Source: Nemertoderma westbladi
Taxonomy: Eukaryota; Animalia; Xenacoelomorpha
Reading direction: 5' to 3'
Length of the DNA: 64,000 nucleotides
Assembly: GCA_032718475.1 (NCBI GenBank)
Contig: JAUCBJ010001154.1
Location: 62,001 to 126,000, forward strand
Positions 37,900 to 51,188 of the stretch are shown here, piece by piece. Both the position numbers and the translations under genes were made by a program. Below the pieces are notes generated by a model, which was not told the DNA's origin, ran no database searches, and saw nothing but the letters and a program-made list of their open reading frames with translations. The stretch's first letter is position 1, and every line of letters starts with the position of its first letter.

Positions 37900-40284
37900 C
37901 TAAATAAATTAACGATTTATAATGTTTAACGTTTGTTTGCACACCATCCACTCAAAAAGCGACAGATTTAACAAACAGTAATATATTTATTTCAAATTTA
38001 CTTTAATCGTTATTCCAGTATTTCAGGAATAACTATTTGAATATTCCTACGAATAAATTTATGGAAATGAAACCGAGGGATCTTATTTTCTTTAAAATGG
38101 CGATTTTCACCTTCAAATTTGTCTTAAACAAAAACAATAAAATAACGGATGTTCTAGTACCGCGATATAACATTGCTGTAACATCTGCTATCTGTATCAT
38201 CAGTAACCGTTATTTATTTTCATTTATAGTATTTAGGGGGTCTGGTATTGTCAGACACACCACATATCCATCGTCTACAGGTACTACATGGGAGCCAAGT
38301 GTGAATGAATCCGGGATGCTTTACAAGTACTACGTTGCGGAGCGTTGGTCCACTGTGGGCGAGGGAAGGTGAAACAGTAATATTGTCTATTGTGGAATTT
38401 ATAATAACGTTTTACATGAAAATTAAATAGCTTTATTTCCCGCATCATCCATTGATATATAATTATCCGGTTGACCGATATCGCTCGGCAAATTATAAAT
38501 CTCGGGGATTTCGGGAAAAAATAATCATAATAATAGTGATTTCCATCTCATCATAATTTAAATTGGAATTTAATTTATTTTTAAAGTTAGCAATCGTCGG
38601 GCAAAAATTAGGCAAATTGTCCTTGTGCATATCAGTTACCACGGGTTTCGTTATAGTTAAGTTGACCTTGTTCACTGCTCGACGAGGCGGGTTTGTCCTT
38701 GTGGAGGCGGCGTTCGATTAGGAGCGGTTACTATCGGAGTTATTGCTCCATTTGTCATCTTTTAGTTGATTCGGACCAACACCTACTGCCCGAAACCCAT
38801 TAACAGATTGTGCTACAAACCTGACCCACGCTCCGCGCTCTCGCGGCCTTTAATCATGGCCAAGCGCATTTGTATATCGCGAGTCGGTCAATGATTGTAT
38901 GGCGCTGGGCCAAGCGGATCAAGCGGGCCTTTAACATGGGGGCTATGTGTCGCGTGGCGAGGTTTACCTGAGAGAAAGTTGGCCTAATCCGTCGCGTGCG
39001 GTTTCACGGCCAAGCCATAATCAATCCCCACTGATGCCGGAATATTCTCAGGGTGAATGGGGCGGGATCGCGCGCGAATCTAGGCGTTATGTTTTCATTG
39101 TGTATAATCATACAGAGGCCATAGTGCGTTAGCGGCATCTCTATCTCTACCCACCCGGCACAACTTAATGAGCTTTGGGAACCCAGCCTACACATTATAC
39201 ATCGAGTTAAGTTCGTAAAACTTTTCTAAACTTAATCTCTACAAGGACAAAAGACGGAGATTTACTCTAAGCTCTTTCCAGAATTTTCTTAATTCCCGAA
39301 GCATTGGTTATATAGGAACTGCGTTCGGCTTTATTTATTGTACGACCGGTTGTATTGCTTCACTCTCAAGACAGATTTGTGAGTTGGCTTTCAGGCAGGC
39401 TCAAAGTTTATTTCGATGCGTAGGTTTAAAGGCATCAATGGGAGGTTGAGTTTAGGCAAGCCAAGGTTGCCCTTGTCAGGATGTCACTGTGAGTAAATTG
39501 ATTAGTTCGGTACCTTCGGAAGGTAATCCCTAAGCATAATTCGTGGTGGAGTTACTGGAGTTGGAGAGATTTATAGGAGACAAGGTTGGCATAATACTAA
39601 CTCGACGCGTCCAGCTTTCCCTTAGGAATAAAAATGCTAAAGAAAATAAACACACCACAAAGGCCAATTTTTGCCGAGTCAAGAGAAGAGACTACATCAC
39701 ATAGAGTCTTCCGTACTCTTCTCCACAATAAAAAAAAGTTAATAAAATCAATGTGATCCACTAAACGCGAACTACATAATTACGATCTCCGCGATATCGT
39801 TTATTTATTGATGCTGTTTTGTTTACTTCAAATAAGTCATTTCATTGTAGGTCAAGTAACATGGTTTCAACAATGGTTTATTGAAATTAGTGTCTTTTGA
39901 CTTACGGGTTTTTACTATTTGCAGAAAAGGCGCGAAATTTTCAAATTGAAATTTCACCAAGTGACTTGCGGCTTTTGTCATCATATGGCTGTATCCTACG
40001 GAATTAAAGCAGAATTTAATGAGGATTTCAAATCTGAACATGACTTGGCGAGATCTGTTTCTATGCATTTTCATTAATCACCTGAAGAAGCCCTCCTGAT
40101 GGGAGAAATCTAGTAATCTAACTGTTGTTACTAATTCCATTAGTCATCTGAGGTCAACCCGCCCTACCTTAACTGTTTAGTATAATTCCTTCTTAAGTGC
40201 TTTAAGCGAAACGAGATCGCTTTTAGATTTCGAGTTATCACTGTTTCTCCATGTCCGCCGGTCTGACCGTCAACATGTAAGTTT

Positions 40285-40609
40285 AGACAGACAGCCAGAG
40301 CCAGACCAATAGTCAGACAGATTGTACCAGAGCCAGACAAATAGTCAGACAGACAGCCAGAGCCAGACCAATAGTCTGGCAGATTGTACCAGAGCCAGAC
40401 AAATAGTCAGACAGACAGCCAGAGCCAGACCAATAGTCAGACAGATTGTACCAGAGCCAGACAAATAGTCAGACAGACAGCCAGAGCCAGACCAATAGTC
40501 TGACAGATTGTACCAGAGCCAGACCAATAGTCAGACAGATTGTACCAGAGCCAGACCAATAGTCAGACAGATTGTACCAGAGCCAAACCAATAGTCAGAC
40601 AGATTGTAC
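40285..40609. repeat. Minisatellite of 28- and 32-bp units
   Basis: CAGACAGATTGTACCAGAGCCAGACCAATAGT and a shorter variant, alternating in the first part of the array. Confidence 0.9.
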
Positions 40610-42977
40610 AGAACATAAAAATTGTCATTGGAAATTAAATCGCGGACTTCGAAAACCACCGTAATGAAAATTATAGCTCTGTGGTGTGTTTCCTTCATGC
40701 CAGACATTATTAACCAACCAGAATCCAGACAGACAGTTTTGAGCGGGAAGATTTAAACTTTGAAGACAATTTTCTCAGAAAGAGATTTTTCCCCGCAAAC
40801 AAACACTCCTCTGCCAATTCTTAACCCGTTTTATTGTAATTTTCGCTCCATATGATAGGTAATTTCATAAGTTTCGATAACTTTCATGCAGTTTTTTTCT
40901 ACTTCATAATATTTCCCCGTTCCCACCAAAGCTTTTTGTTTATGCAACCTCTTTCGAGTTATTTACAAATTAAGGGGGGGGGGGGTTGCCCCCCCCCCCC
41001 CTTAATGAGTGCATTAAATAGTATACAAAGCAAAAACACCGCAACTGACAGACTTGCGGTGTTTTGTCATTGCGACATTTGTTTTTGCATTGCATCGAAT
41101 GTATTTGCATGCAGGTTGTACAATTCAAAAACACCGTAAATACAAAAAAATTCCTGAAGTCGAAATATTAATGGAAAGTGAAAAATAATTACGTAGAAAA
41201 ATTTCCCACCCCAAATTGCGAAGGGTTATAAAAAATTAGTAATTTACGGACATTTTAAACCATCAATCTGAAGGAAAACAGGAACTTGCGAATTTTTTTA
41301 CTGGAAATGACTTTTGTGACCTGCGGTCTTTTCACATTGCGCGGCAGTATTAGCTGTCTCCAAATCACTGAAGGTTGTCCAGAATTAGAATTCAGAGAGC
41401 TGATCTATCAGATACTATGCTTTATCTTGGAATAATACGTGAATGATACTTTGTGGGTCTGCCTTTTACATTTTGATGGTTTACCCTACAATGATGAACA
41501 AAATATTATTTATGCCAAACCGAATTCTTTCGTATTTTAATATGCACCTGTAATTAAAAAAAATATCGAATAATTTGCAGGCCACCTCTTTTGCCGCAGT
41601 TGGCTATCGGGATGAATGGCTAGATCGACGGAGTTCCCATGATGGGTCACTACATACTTGTTCCATTCTTGTATCAACATATTTGCACTCAACGGCTACA
41701 TACATATCCATTCACAGTACAAGGATGTAATTTAAGGCCGGTCCCACAACGTAACATCTCCACAGTTCGCGATCAGCGTAAATCCCGAATTCATCTACAT
41801 TACCAAGACCTGTCAATGGCTGACCAGACCACCAGGAATGTCAATGGCTGACCAGACCACCATCTCCAGCCAGCTGCCCTGAACACGGTCGCGTAGGGCT
41901 GCTCAGTTCTACAAGGGCAGCCTCTGGCAAATTTCATTCATTGTGTCTATCTGTAGGGTGGTGCTGTGTTTTGGCCATTCTTTTTTACCATCTAGATTCT
42001 ACAATGCCTCATTTGTTAACTAAGTCTTGTATTTTATGTTATGATCAAACCATCAAGTATCCTGGTGTACGGATGTGCTACCTTCGAGCGTATTAGATGA
42101 TTTACTAGTTTGATCTGATCCTGACTAGGTTAAAGGTATTGAGCTCAGCAAAATAAAATGGTAAATATTCCCTCTTATTACCTACATTACTGCTCGTCGA
42201 CCAGAGATGTAGCTCACTAGCAGACTGGTGATATAATATGCCGTAGATCAAAGAAGAAATGGGGCCGAGGGAGGGCCCCTTTGCATGACACTAATTAGGT
42301 TTTGCGCTTTACATGTTACATAGGCGGCCTAGTGATGTAAACGACAAGGTAGCCGTTGTCTAATTAGGGTATCCCGCTGTAATCGACATGTAACCAGCTT
42401 CTACTTGTATCGTGGGAGGTTGCCAGTCGTTCAGTATTGGAGGCTAATCCTTTAACATGGCCATATTTTCGGACTCACGCTCGCCAGACTTAAACGGATG
42501 GATGGGTGCATTAAAGGACACGCGTTCATCGTAAGAAATAATCTCGGTTCTGTCATTAACATATACAATATACCTATTACGCGAAATTGCGAACAATCCT
42601 AATCCTGCTGCATTTAAACGATAAACATACTGACCTGGATAAGGCACACGATATGTTTTATTGCATTGTAAGTGGATAGATATCGCACCCGCGCCAACCC
42701 CGAGATTCCCAAGATATTTTATTCAAATTAATTGAAATATTGAAATAATTAATTGAAATATTTAATTCCTCCGCATGTTTCAAAATCGGGAAGTTATCTT
42801 ATACTTTTTATCACGCTCTCACAATGTCCGAAGAGCTTGGGGGTGAGGCTGGACGGCTGGACGCCATATTGTATTCATTGTATATTAAACGCAATTATTA
42901 CCAACGAATCCGAAACGTATTATTATTTTTATTATTTTTAAATGTTATTTTATTATATATAGTATTATTTTTATTCA

Positions 42978-43236
42978 GCGCAGCTTGGTCTAGTGGTGAC
43001 ATTCCTGGGCTTCCAATTAGGGAGCCCTGGTTCGATCCCTAGATGGGGCAGCACTATTTGGGCACAGTGCTTTAAATGCTGCAGCCTAGCCCAACCCCGG
43101 CTTTCATCCTTCAGTGGTCGATAAATGGGAACCAAGGCAACTTGGGAAACAGAGTGGAGGGGTTTACTGTGGAAGATCACCCATGGTGGTGAAGAGGCAT
43201 TCCTTGGCTTAACGAGCCTAAAATATTCTCCCAATA
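42978..43236 (+). mobile_element. tRNA-derived SINE, apparently full length
   Basis: A box TGGTCTAGTGG, B box GGTTCGATCCC, central GCTTTCATCCTTCAGTGGTCGATAAATG block; truncated copy at 45568-45785. Confidence 0.8.
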
Positions 43237-44195
43237 TTATTTTTGAAATTTAATAGATATTATATTCTTGATTACTCCAAACTTTACTGTAGAAGGTCCA
43301 ACGCAATATCTGTCTGACTAATATTATAGTGCATAAATATTTGAGAGTCATCAACACTTATAAATTGTATTTTTCGTTCAAACTATATTGTAACACTTTA
43401 CACGCAATTGCTACAACGGCGTTCAAACTATTTACAATGGCATGGCGCATCCGCCCAGCTATAATGTTTATGAAATAGTAAAGTTTAACTTTAAAGACGA
43501 CTTTATTTAATATAACATTTACAGAAAATGTGACAAATACAACCTAATAAATTAAAAAAATTTATCTGATAAATAACATGATGTTTTCGGTTTAAATTAT
43601 AAAAAAAAATTTAAATGAATAATTATCCCATCTCTGCGAATTAATATCTCGTCTGGGCGAGATCGTCTTTGTAAAATATCAATCAAGGGGAAGGATCATG
43701 TTATAGGGGCACGTTATTCTAACCAAAACAATAAACTAAAGTCAATAGTACGGATTACAGTTTTATTTTTAACAGAAAGATTTTTGACAGAAGAATTATT
43801 CCCTCCCCAGGGGAAAATAGACGCAAATAACAGCTGATTACTCCTAAAAAATAAGGCTGTGAGCTGGTCTATAGACTTTCGTTTATTGTTTTGGTTAAAA
43901 TAACGTGCCGCTGTAACCTGCTCTTTTCCCTAAATTAGTAATTTAACATTGGGACGAAATATTATTACGCTGAGATGGGATTTGCGTCAAGCCCCCCCCC
44001 CCCCCCCCCCGTCTCGAATAAAGACTGCGATGTAACCAATGCAATAGCAATGGAGATATTTTTTCAAATACTTGTGGAACATTTTTTTGAAAGCAAAAAT
44101 GACATCCACTTAGGTCAAACTATCTCTAAAGTAAATCTTTCAATAAGAGTTTTAGCTTTTTTGCCCTGCCACTCTGAAATATTCCTAGACAAGGT

Positions 44196-44664
44196 GTACT
44201 GCATTGCATACAGCACTTCTCATACATGGCGAACCTCCCGAAGGAACTTACCCAAAAAAGTCGTCTCTACAGAACAGCTTCCCGCTTCGTACAAAGCATT
44301 TATCGTTTAGTACTGCATTGCATACAGCACTTCTCATACATGGAGAACCTCCCGAAGGAACTTACCCAAAAAAGTCGTCTCTACAGAACAGCTTCCCGCT
44401 TCGTACAAAGCATTTATCGTTTAGTACTGCATTGCATACAGCACTTCTCATACATGGAGAACCTCCCGAAGGAACTTACCCAAAAAAGTCGTCTCTACAG
44501 AACAGCTTCCCGCTTCGTACAAAGCATTTATCGTTTAGTACTGCATTGCATACAGCACTTCTCATACATGGAGAACCTCCCGAAGGAACTTACCCAAAAA
44601 AGTCGTCTCTACAGAACAGCTTCCCGCTTCGTACAAAACATTTATCGTTTAGTAGTGCATTGCA
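44196..44664. repeat. 114-bp tandem repeat (4 units) spanning the LIM1 exon 3' end and its splice donor
   Basis: CTTACC recurs at 44247, 44361, 44475 and 44589. Confidence 0.95.
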
Positions 44665-44771
44665 GTCGCAGCAGCGCAGACATTCGCTGTGCCAACATTT
44701 ATCTAACACTTTGAGAATAAATCTATCCGCAATGGGCTGTACGCAACTGCAGCAGTTGGGTAGCTGACCTC
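44594..44771 (-). CDS. LHX3: Lhx3/4, LIM1 exon (missing from the ORF track)
   Basis: Hand translation GQLPNCCSCVQPIADRFILKVLDKCWHSECLRCCDCNALLNDKCFVRSGKLFCRDDFF; acceptor TTATTCACAG, donor GG|GTAAGT, phase 1-2. Confidence 0.95.
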
Positions 44772-45151
44772 CTGTGAATAAAATTAATATTATTAATTAA
44801 TATCGGCTATATTGTTCGTATCGCTTTAATTAAAAATTAGCGATAATACGCAAGGCAAAGTCCAGCTATTCATTTATTTTATTTATTAATTTATTTTATT
44901 TGGTTTGAATAAGGCCTGTGGCCGAAATATAACCTTACACCACATTTTTTACGTCACTGCACCTCTGCACGGGCAGATCCACCCTTTGTATTACAATGCT
45001 TGCAACAGTGACAGGGGCACACACATACTTAGTTATATTATATTATTTTTTATTTTCAAGTTGACGTCAAACATTCCGTGAAAATTAAATGGGATTTAGT
45101 TATATTCAGTGACGGATGTAGAGCGAAGCGAGTGGAAATTATAGATTAGAG

Positions 45152-45541
45152 GTTATTATATTAGCTATAGTTATTATATTAGCTATAGTTATTATATTAG
45201 CTATAGTTATTATATTAGCTATAGTTATTATATTAGCTATAGTTATTATATTAGCTATAGTTATTATATTAGCTATAGTTATTATATTAGCTATAGTTAT
45301 TATATTAGCTATAGTTATTATATTAGCTATAGTTATTATATTAGCTATAGTTATTATATTAGCTATAGTTATCATATTAGCTATAGTTATTATATTAGCT
45401 ATAGTTATTATATTAGCTATAGTTATTATATTAGCTATAGTTATTATATTAGCTATAGTTATTATATTAGCTATAGTTATTATATTAGCTATAGTTATTA
45501 TATTAGCTATAGTTATTATATTAGCTATAGTTATTATATTA
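45152..45541. repeat. 18-bp AT-rich minisatellite, about 21 copies
   Basis: Unit GTTATTATATTAGCTATA. Confidence 0.96.
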
Positions 45542-45567
45542 TAATTTTTTATATTATAATTTTTTTT

Positions 45568-45785
45568 TGCAGCCTAGCCCAACCCCGGCTTTCATCCTTC
45601 AGTGGTCGATAAATGGGAACCAAGGCAACTTGGGAAACAGAGTGGAAGGGTTTACTGTGGAAGATCACCCATGGTGGTGAACAGGCATTCCTTTAGGAAA
45701 CAGAGTGGAATGGTTTACTGTGGTAGATCACCCATGGTGGTGAACAGGCATTCCTTGGTTTAACGAGCCTAAAAGATTCTCCCAT
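45568..45785 (+). mobile_element. 5'-truncated copy of the 42978 SINE with an internal duplication of about 60 bp
   Basis: Near identity to about 43080-43233. Confidence 0.85.
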
Positions 45786-48700
45786 TCATTATAATTTTTT
45801 CGGTTGTGTTTTAAGCTTGATTTCTTATTAAATTTATCTGTCCAACTCCACCGAGCATGAAATACAATGCAATTTTTTTTTCGTTCAAACACCACCACTG
45901 CAACCTGCCCTTTTCCCTTAACTTTTAAATTACACTGAACACACGATCCTGGTATTTGTGACAATTTTGCACAGATATCTCCGTTACACAGATCGTGAAG
46001 AACATTTAGGCTCCCATGTGACTAAATACCAGGTTTTCAGTATGAATAATTTATATTTAAAATTTCACCTTAGCGCTTATTTCTATCTTATAACTTTTAC
46101 AGATACTTATTCGTTTATTGTTTTGGTTCGATCCAGCCCTTCTGTAACTTGTGTTTATAGTGAAAAACTGGTATTCTTCAAATGGGGGTAAACTGCAAAG
46201 TGAAATGTAACAGCAGAAAGTTTGGTATACCTCAAATTAGGTTGCATGATGACAGGCATAACGGCAATAAAATGTTCAAGTTAAGTTATCGGTGAACGTG
46301 AAACAACTTCACCCCGCACCCACCACCCAATCACAAGCCTGGTTTCCATATCACGGGGCACTGGGCAGCTGGCGAGCGAACCCCAGTTTCGAAATTTCAT
46401 CAGGTTCTTACTGGTACCTGGTACCTCCCAGCTATCGCAATTATGCTTCGTATCCTTTACAGTATATTGAACTTCAAATTATAATCGCAATATTTTGGCA
46501 CCGGGACCAGCATCAGTTGGGGTATTACAGTATATTAAATTGTCCTAATCTTTGCTAATGATATTCTTACTATTCAGTTAGGCGTAGGTCCGACTGAAGT
46601 GACCAAATCAATCATTATAGGTATTTAGTATCAGTTTGGTGTACCGGTAGAGGACTTAACCAGAATTCAGTATAGGTAGGTACTTTTTGACGTACTACTT
46701 AAAATTAGGTGTGCACCAAATAACGGTTTAGTATCGGTATTATGAACTTACCCAAATCATTAGGCAGGTACTTAGTATCTGTTTGTCCTATGTGGTTGTT
46801 TAATGCCCCCTCTCGTATCGGCATCATACCGACTTCCAGGCAGTGATGCATAAGCTTATTATTTATAAATTAAAGATTGGTTTGAGAATGATTAATAAAT
46901 CCAATACTTTTCACCAACATAAATAAGGCTGTTAGGAATACGAATTCTTCGCGATCCGTATATTACACGTTGCTGATTCCAGTTAATTTGATATAGTGTG
47001 ATAATTGATAATAATTTAGGAAATTAATTTTTTAACAATAACTGAATTATTTTGAGTGGTTGGTATTACAGTAACGACTACTACGGAAATTATTTATTAT
47101 CACTATAAGATAAAATGTTGTATCAAGGACTTTTTTTTATGTTTACTATATGAAGTTGTGCGTAATAAGAGTGAGTGTGGACTCTCTGCCTAAGCTCCAC
47201 CTTTATATTCTCTCTCACGAAACCTTTGAAAGTATCCTCATACTTTCCACCAACTACAGCCTGCTATTGGCTGAGTGCGGGCCCTTTACCGTATAAGTGC
47301 CAATGAGAATGCATGCCATTTGCCTAGCTTGCTGTAGCACAGGTAAAACCGGTATGCTTCGGGGAAGCTTATAGAATCTCGTTCACAGCCGCAGCCCAAC
47401 TAACAATGTGCGTGCGACTGTATGGTACTAAACTCTACTGTGCAATATTACTGTAGATAAGGTAAATACAGTAGGTATATCGCTTTATGGATATGCGTCC
47501 GTTGGCTGGTCTTTGTTTTTTCCTCTGAGTTCAACCCACTTCTTGTATGATGTAGGTTTTCTTTGCTGGCGGCCGCGCCACCCAACCCCATCCGATTGCC
47601 TTTGGCAAGCTCTTCTATGGGATCCTCACTGCAGCAGTTCTAAGACTTCCCAATATCTACCAACTTCCTATACCATAAGTAAGAGAGGAGAAGTCAGCCC
47701 AACAACATACTTAGCGGCCATCAATTATTGCCGTTGCTATAAATAAACCTTATTTAGCCAAAATTACCTACACAATGGGGTACATTTGCTTTCCTAATCT
47801 CATAAACAATTAAGTGTTTAAAGATGGAACGTCATTGACTATAATGACTTTGAAATATGAAAAAATATATTTTCACCCCATAAAAGGGAAAAGCTCGAAA
47901 ATCACCATGGTAAACACAATACATTATTTTTCATTGTTCTTCCTAAACAATTTATTCTTTAATGGAACGTTTTTTTATCCGCGGATCCCAAATTGCTTTG
48001 TTAATTAATTATTAATTATTAATCATTGGAAAAATTTTGATGTCGATCGTTATATCGGTCTGTGGTGAAGAGATCCTCATGCAGTTCCTCGGACACGGTC
48101 ACCGTCCATGGTTCCGAAGGTGAAGACTTTGAAAAAAAAACATTTTTAATGAATACCTGTTTTTGATGAAAACTTTTAATTGAAAAACGAAATAGAAATG
48201 AGAAGGCCCATCCACTAGGTAGTTGGGAATCAAAACTTCCCCTTATAAATTATAATAAGCGTAAATAATAAATTGGGCTATCGCGCTATTTATTGCAAGA
48301 ATAATATTGCAAGAGAAGCTAGCAGTAGTGTGTTATCTTGCGGCTTTTCTTAAAACAATAAATTAATCACATGAGATACCATAACCCTACATACAGCACA
48401 ATTAATTAGCACCGGTATAACCGTCACCGTTCTTTGGACTAACAACTTAACACAATCAAAATACAACCTTCTACGGAGAAAAATCAACGCAAATAACAGT
48501 TGATTGCGAGCAAAATTTAAACTGTATGTATGCTATTAACTTAGTTAATTGGTTTGGTTAGAGTAACATGTTATTGTAATATATCATTTCCATGACAGTA
48601 ATTAATTTATTATTGAAATTTTTAATTCATCTGGACAAATATTAATTTACAAAGATGGAAAAAGAAAGTCATCAAAGATTGAAGTATTGTTTATCCCTGT

Positions 48701-50528
48701 CCATTGCCTAGCAATACGTGTATCTTAATTATCTAATTAATCTTCTTTGTGCTAGAGTGTCTGTAGTTAGGTCTGTACTGTGCAATAATTGTAAGGTTAT
48801 TGTTTCATGTACGATAATAATAATAATAATAATTATTATTATTATTATGGTAAATATTTCCGTTTGCGAGTTCGAACCAAATGGTATGTAGTCCCCCCCC
48901 CCCCCCCCTCCCCTGCAACAGTATTCATTGATTATGAATCGCAAAATATGAAACTCAAGTAAGCGCTAAGTTCTTGAATTTTCTATTTCTTTTTGTTTTT
49001 TGTTATGAACGTAATACATTAGGCTGACGACACGTTTTGTTTTTATTTTAGCAAAAGAAGAGCGAGACTACGACGGCAAATAAACTGTGGGAATCCATGA
49101 CCTGGGGCGCTCTCTCGGCCGATCCTTAATGTGTTTTCTTTGATTTAATATCGTTCCACAAATCGGCAAGAGGTGCATTACTAAAGTGAGAACTTTTCCA
49201 CATTCAAAGCAATTATTTTCTTTGGGGGCCTCTCAAGGAGGGGCACATGTACCGCTCCAATGAACAGCTAATGGACATCCTGATCAGCTTGTAAACACGG
49301 CCAGTCGCGTCTCTGATGTTTCAATAACAAGGTGGGTTCACCCAACACCACAGTCAGTCAGTATCTACCGTAAATGTCGCTTTCTATGTGGGGCGTTACC
49401 GATTAGCATTTGGCACTGCAGCTTAATTTTTGTCTGGATCGGTAACTAAATGTCTAATTGAATTGAAGAGCAAAACTTTCAAATCACAAAATTTTCCAAT
49501 ATGAATGAATAGAATAGAATGTATCGAAAGAATCTTCTACCTACATCTGTTGCACTTCGTACCTACCAAACTGAAAGCTTCGAACGTGTCATGTGCGATT
49601 TGTATTTTGAATATCAGCGCTAGACCTGACGTATTTCACTCCTTGAAGCTCATCATAAGTTTATGATATTTATTAAATATATTTAATATTTATTTAATAT
49701 TATCTTCTCAACTAATCATTGCTGTGTGTTAGGGTGTTGTTACTGCGGTTTGGACTTTGCTTCTAATATCTGTCATATCGTATTATATTTGTTCATTATG
49801 ATTTAGGATTATGTTTGCTTTTTATGTTTTTAATTCCATTTAATTTCATTGGGTTGATGATGTCACCAGTTTCTCCTTAGATGATACGTTTATAGTAATA
49901 GTTGCCAACCATATATCTGCTTGGTGATTTCTTTATTGGAAATTTTTGTTAAAGTCTGGAAGATAATTTATATATATCGGTGCAATTAATGATGAATATA
50001 ATTTGGTTCGTCGGTCGTAGAATCTTTTAGATTTCAATTACATGCATAGCAACTAGACAGAGTTCATCTAATAATGTATATGTGCTGAAATCTACTACAG
50101 TACAGTAATATTATAGTGTTCGTAAACGTAAGTTTAGCAAATTGTAAATCGCATCCAATATGTATCTAATATATAGAATGAAAGATCGTTTCATTTGGAG
50201 AGCGCATAGAAAGCTGGAGGTTGTGCATCAGAGCATGTGAGTTCTTCATGTAGCCTCGTGTGGGAAGTAGTTTTATTATTTGAAACTGTGATTAGTTGAG
50301 TTTTCGTTTGACACTGGCCAAGTAGCTATGGAGAGCTTAACATTATTCTTCAGATGGACGAGTGTATATAAGGGAACAGGGCGTTGGATTGACTTTCCGC
50401 TTTGAGTACCCCTAGCTTGCCAGGGATTATAGCGCAGCAAGAAGTCCTCATCCTGGCCTCCAGCCATTCCATTAATTAATTGGGGGTCAATTCACATTGA
50501 GTTGTGGTAAAGCTCCAGGCCCATTTAC

Positions 50529-50583
50529 CTCCAGCGTGCAATGCCCACTTGTACTTTAAGGGCAGGGAGGCGCATCCATCCAT
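50529..50583 (-). CDS. LHX3: Candidate first coding exon of Lhx3/4 (MDGCASLPLKYKWALHAG)
   Basis: ATG, 55 nt, then GAG|GTAAAT donor in phase 1 as the LIM1 exon requires; TATA-like sequence about 200 bp upstream. No homology support. Confidence 0.35.
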
Positions 50584-51188
50584 CCTCGCAGAGAAGTAAT
50601 TAACGAAACTTTGTCACTAGTAGAACTCGCCACAACTCACACGCGACTCACTGGTATATCCCACGCGGTCCCTACCAGTAGTCCTGGCCTCAGGATCTCT
50701 GAATCGACCCCATGTTGCGATAAATCGTCTTTCTCAATCGCTTTGTGTTTGTTTGTCGGTTGGTCGTCTTCAGTCCCGGTATATAATATGTTTACGGACC
50801 ACTTATCTTACACTCGCCGGACTGATAGAGGCGCCCCTCTCAAGAAACATTATTAATGATATTTTGTAGCGTTCATCCTGTGAAGTTAATTAAATGCGAT
50901 TTTGAAGGCGGTTAAGCTACAGGTATTAATCTTCATTTGAAAAGACTTGAAAAGACACTTTTTTATAGTCATGTGTCATTGCTTCATGCTTAGTCCAATG
51001 CATCATGTTATCAATAAATCAACCCCAATCCATTATCAGTCACCCCACCCCATTTTCATTGTATTGACTAGACTAGAGTGACCTGTTTCCTATATTCGGT
51101 AGCTGTTTTTAGCAGAATTACAATTTCCCAGCTAGCTGCTGGAGTGGTCTACCTTTACTTATAGCTCGGTGGTCCCGGTTTCGATATA

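Noticed and set aside
44204-44767. Plus-strand 187-aa and 162-aa repeat ORFs
   Set aside because: Antisense shadows of the Lhx3/4 LIM1 exon and its 114-bp repeat.
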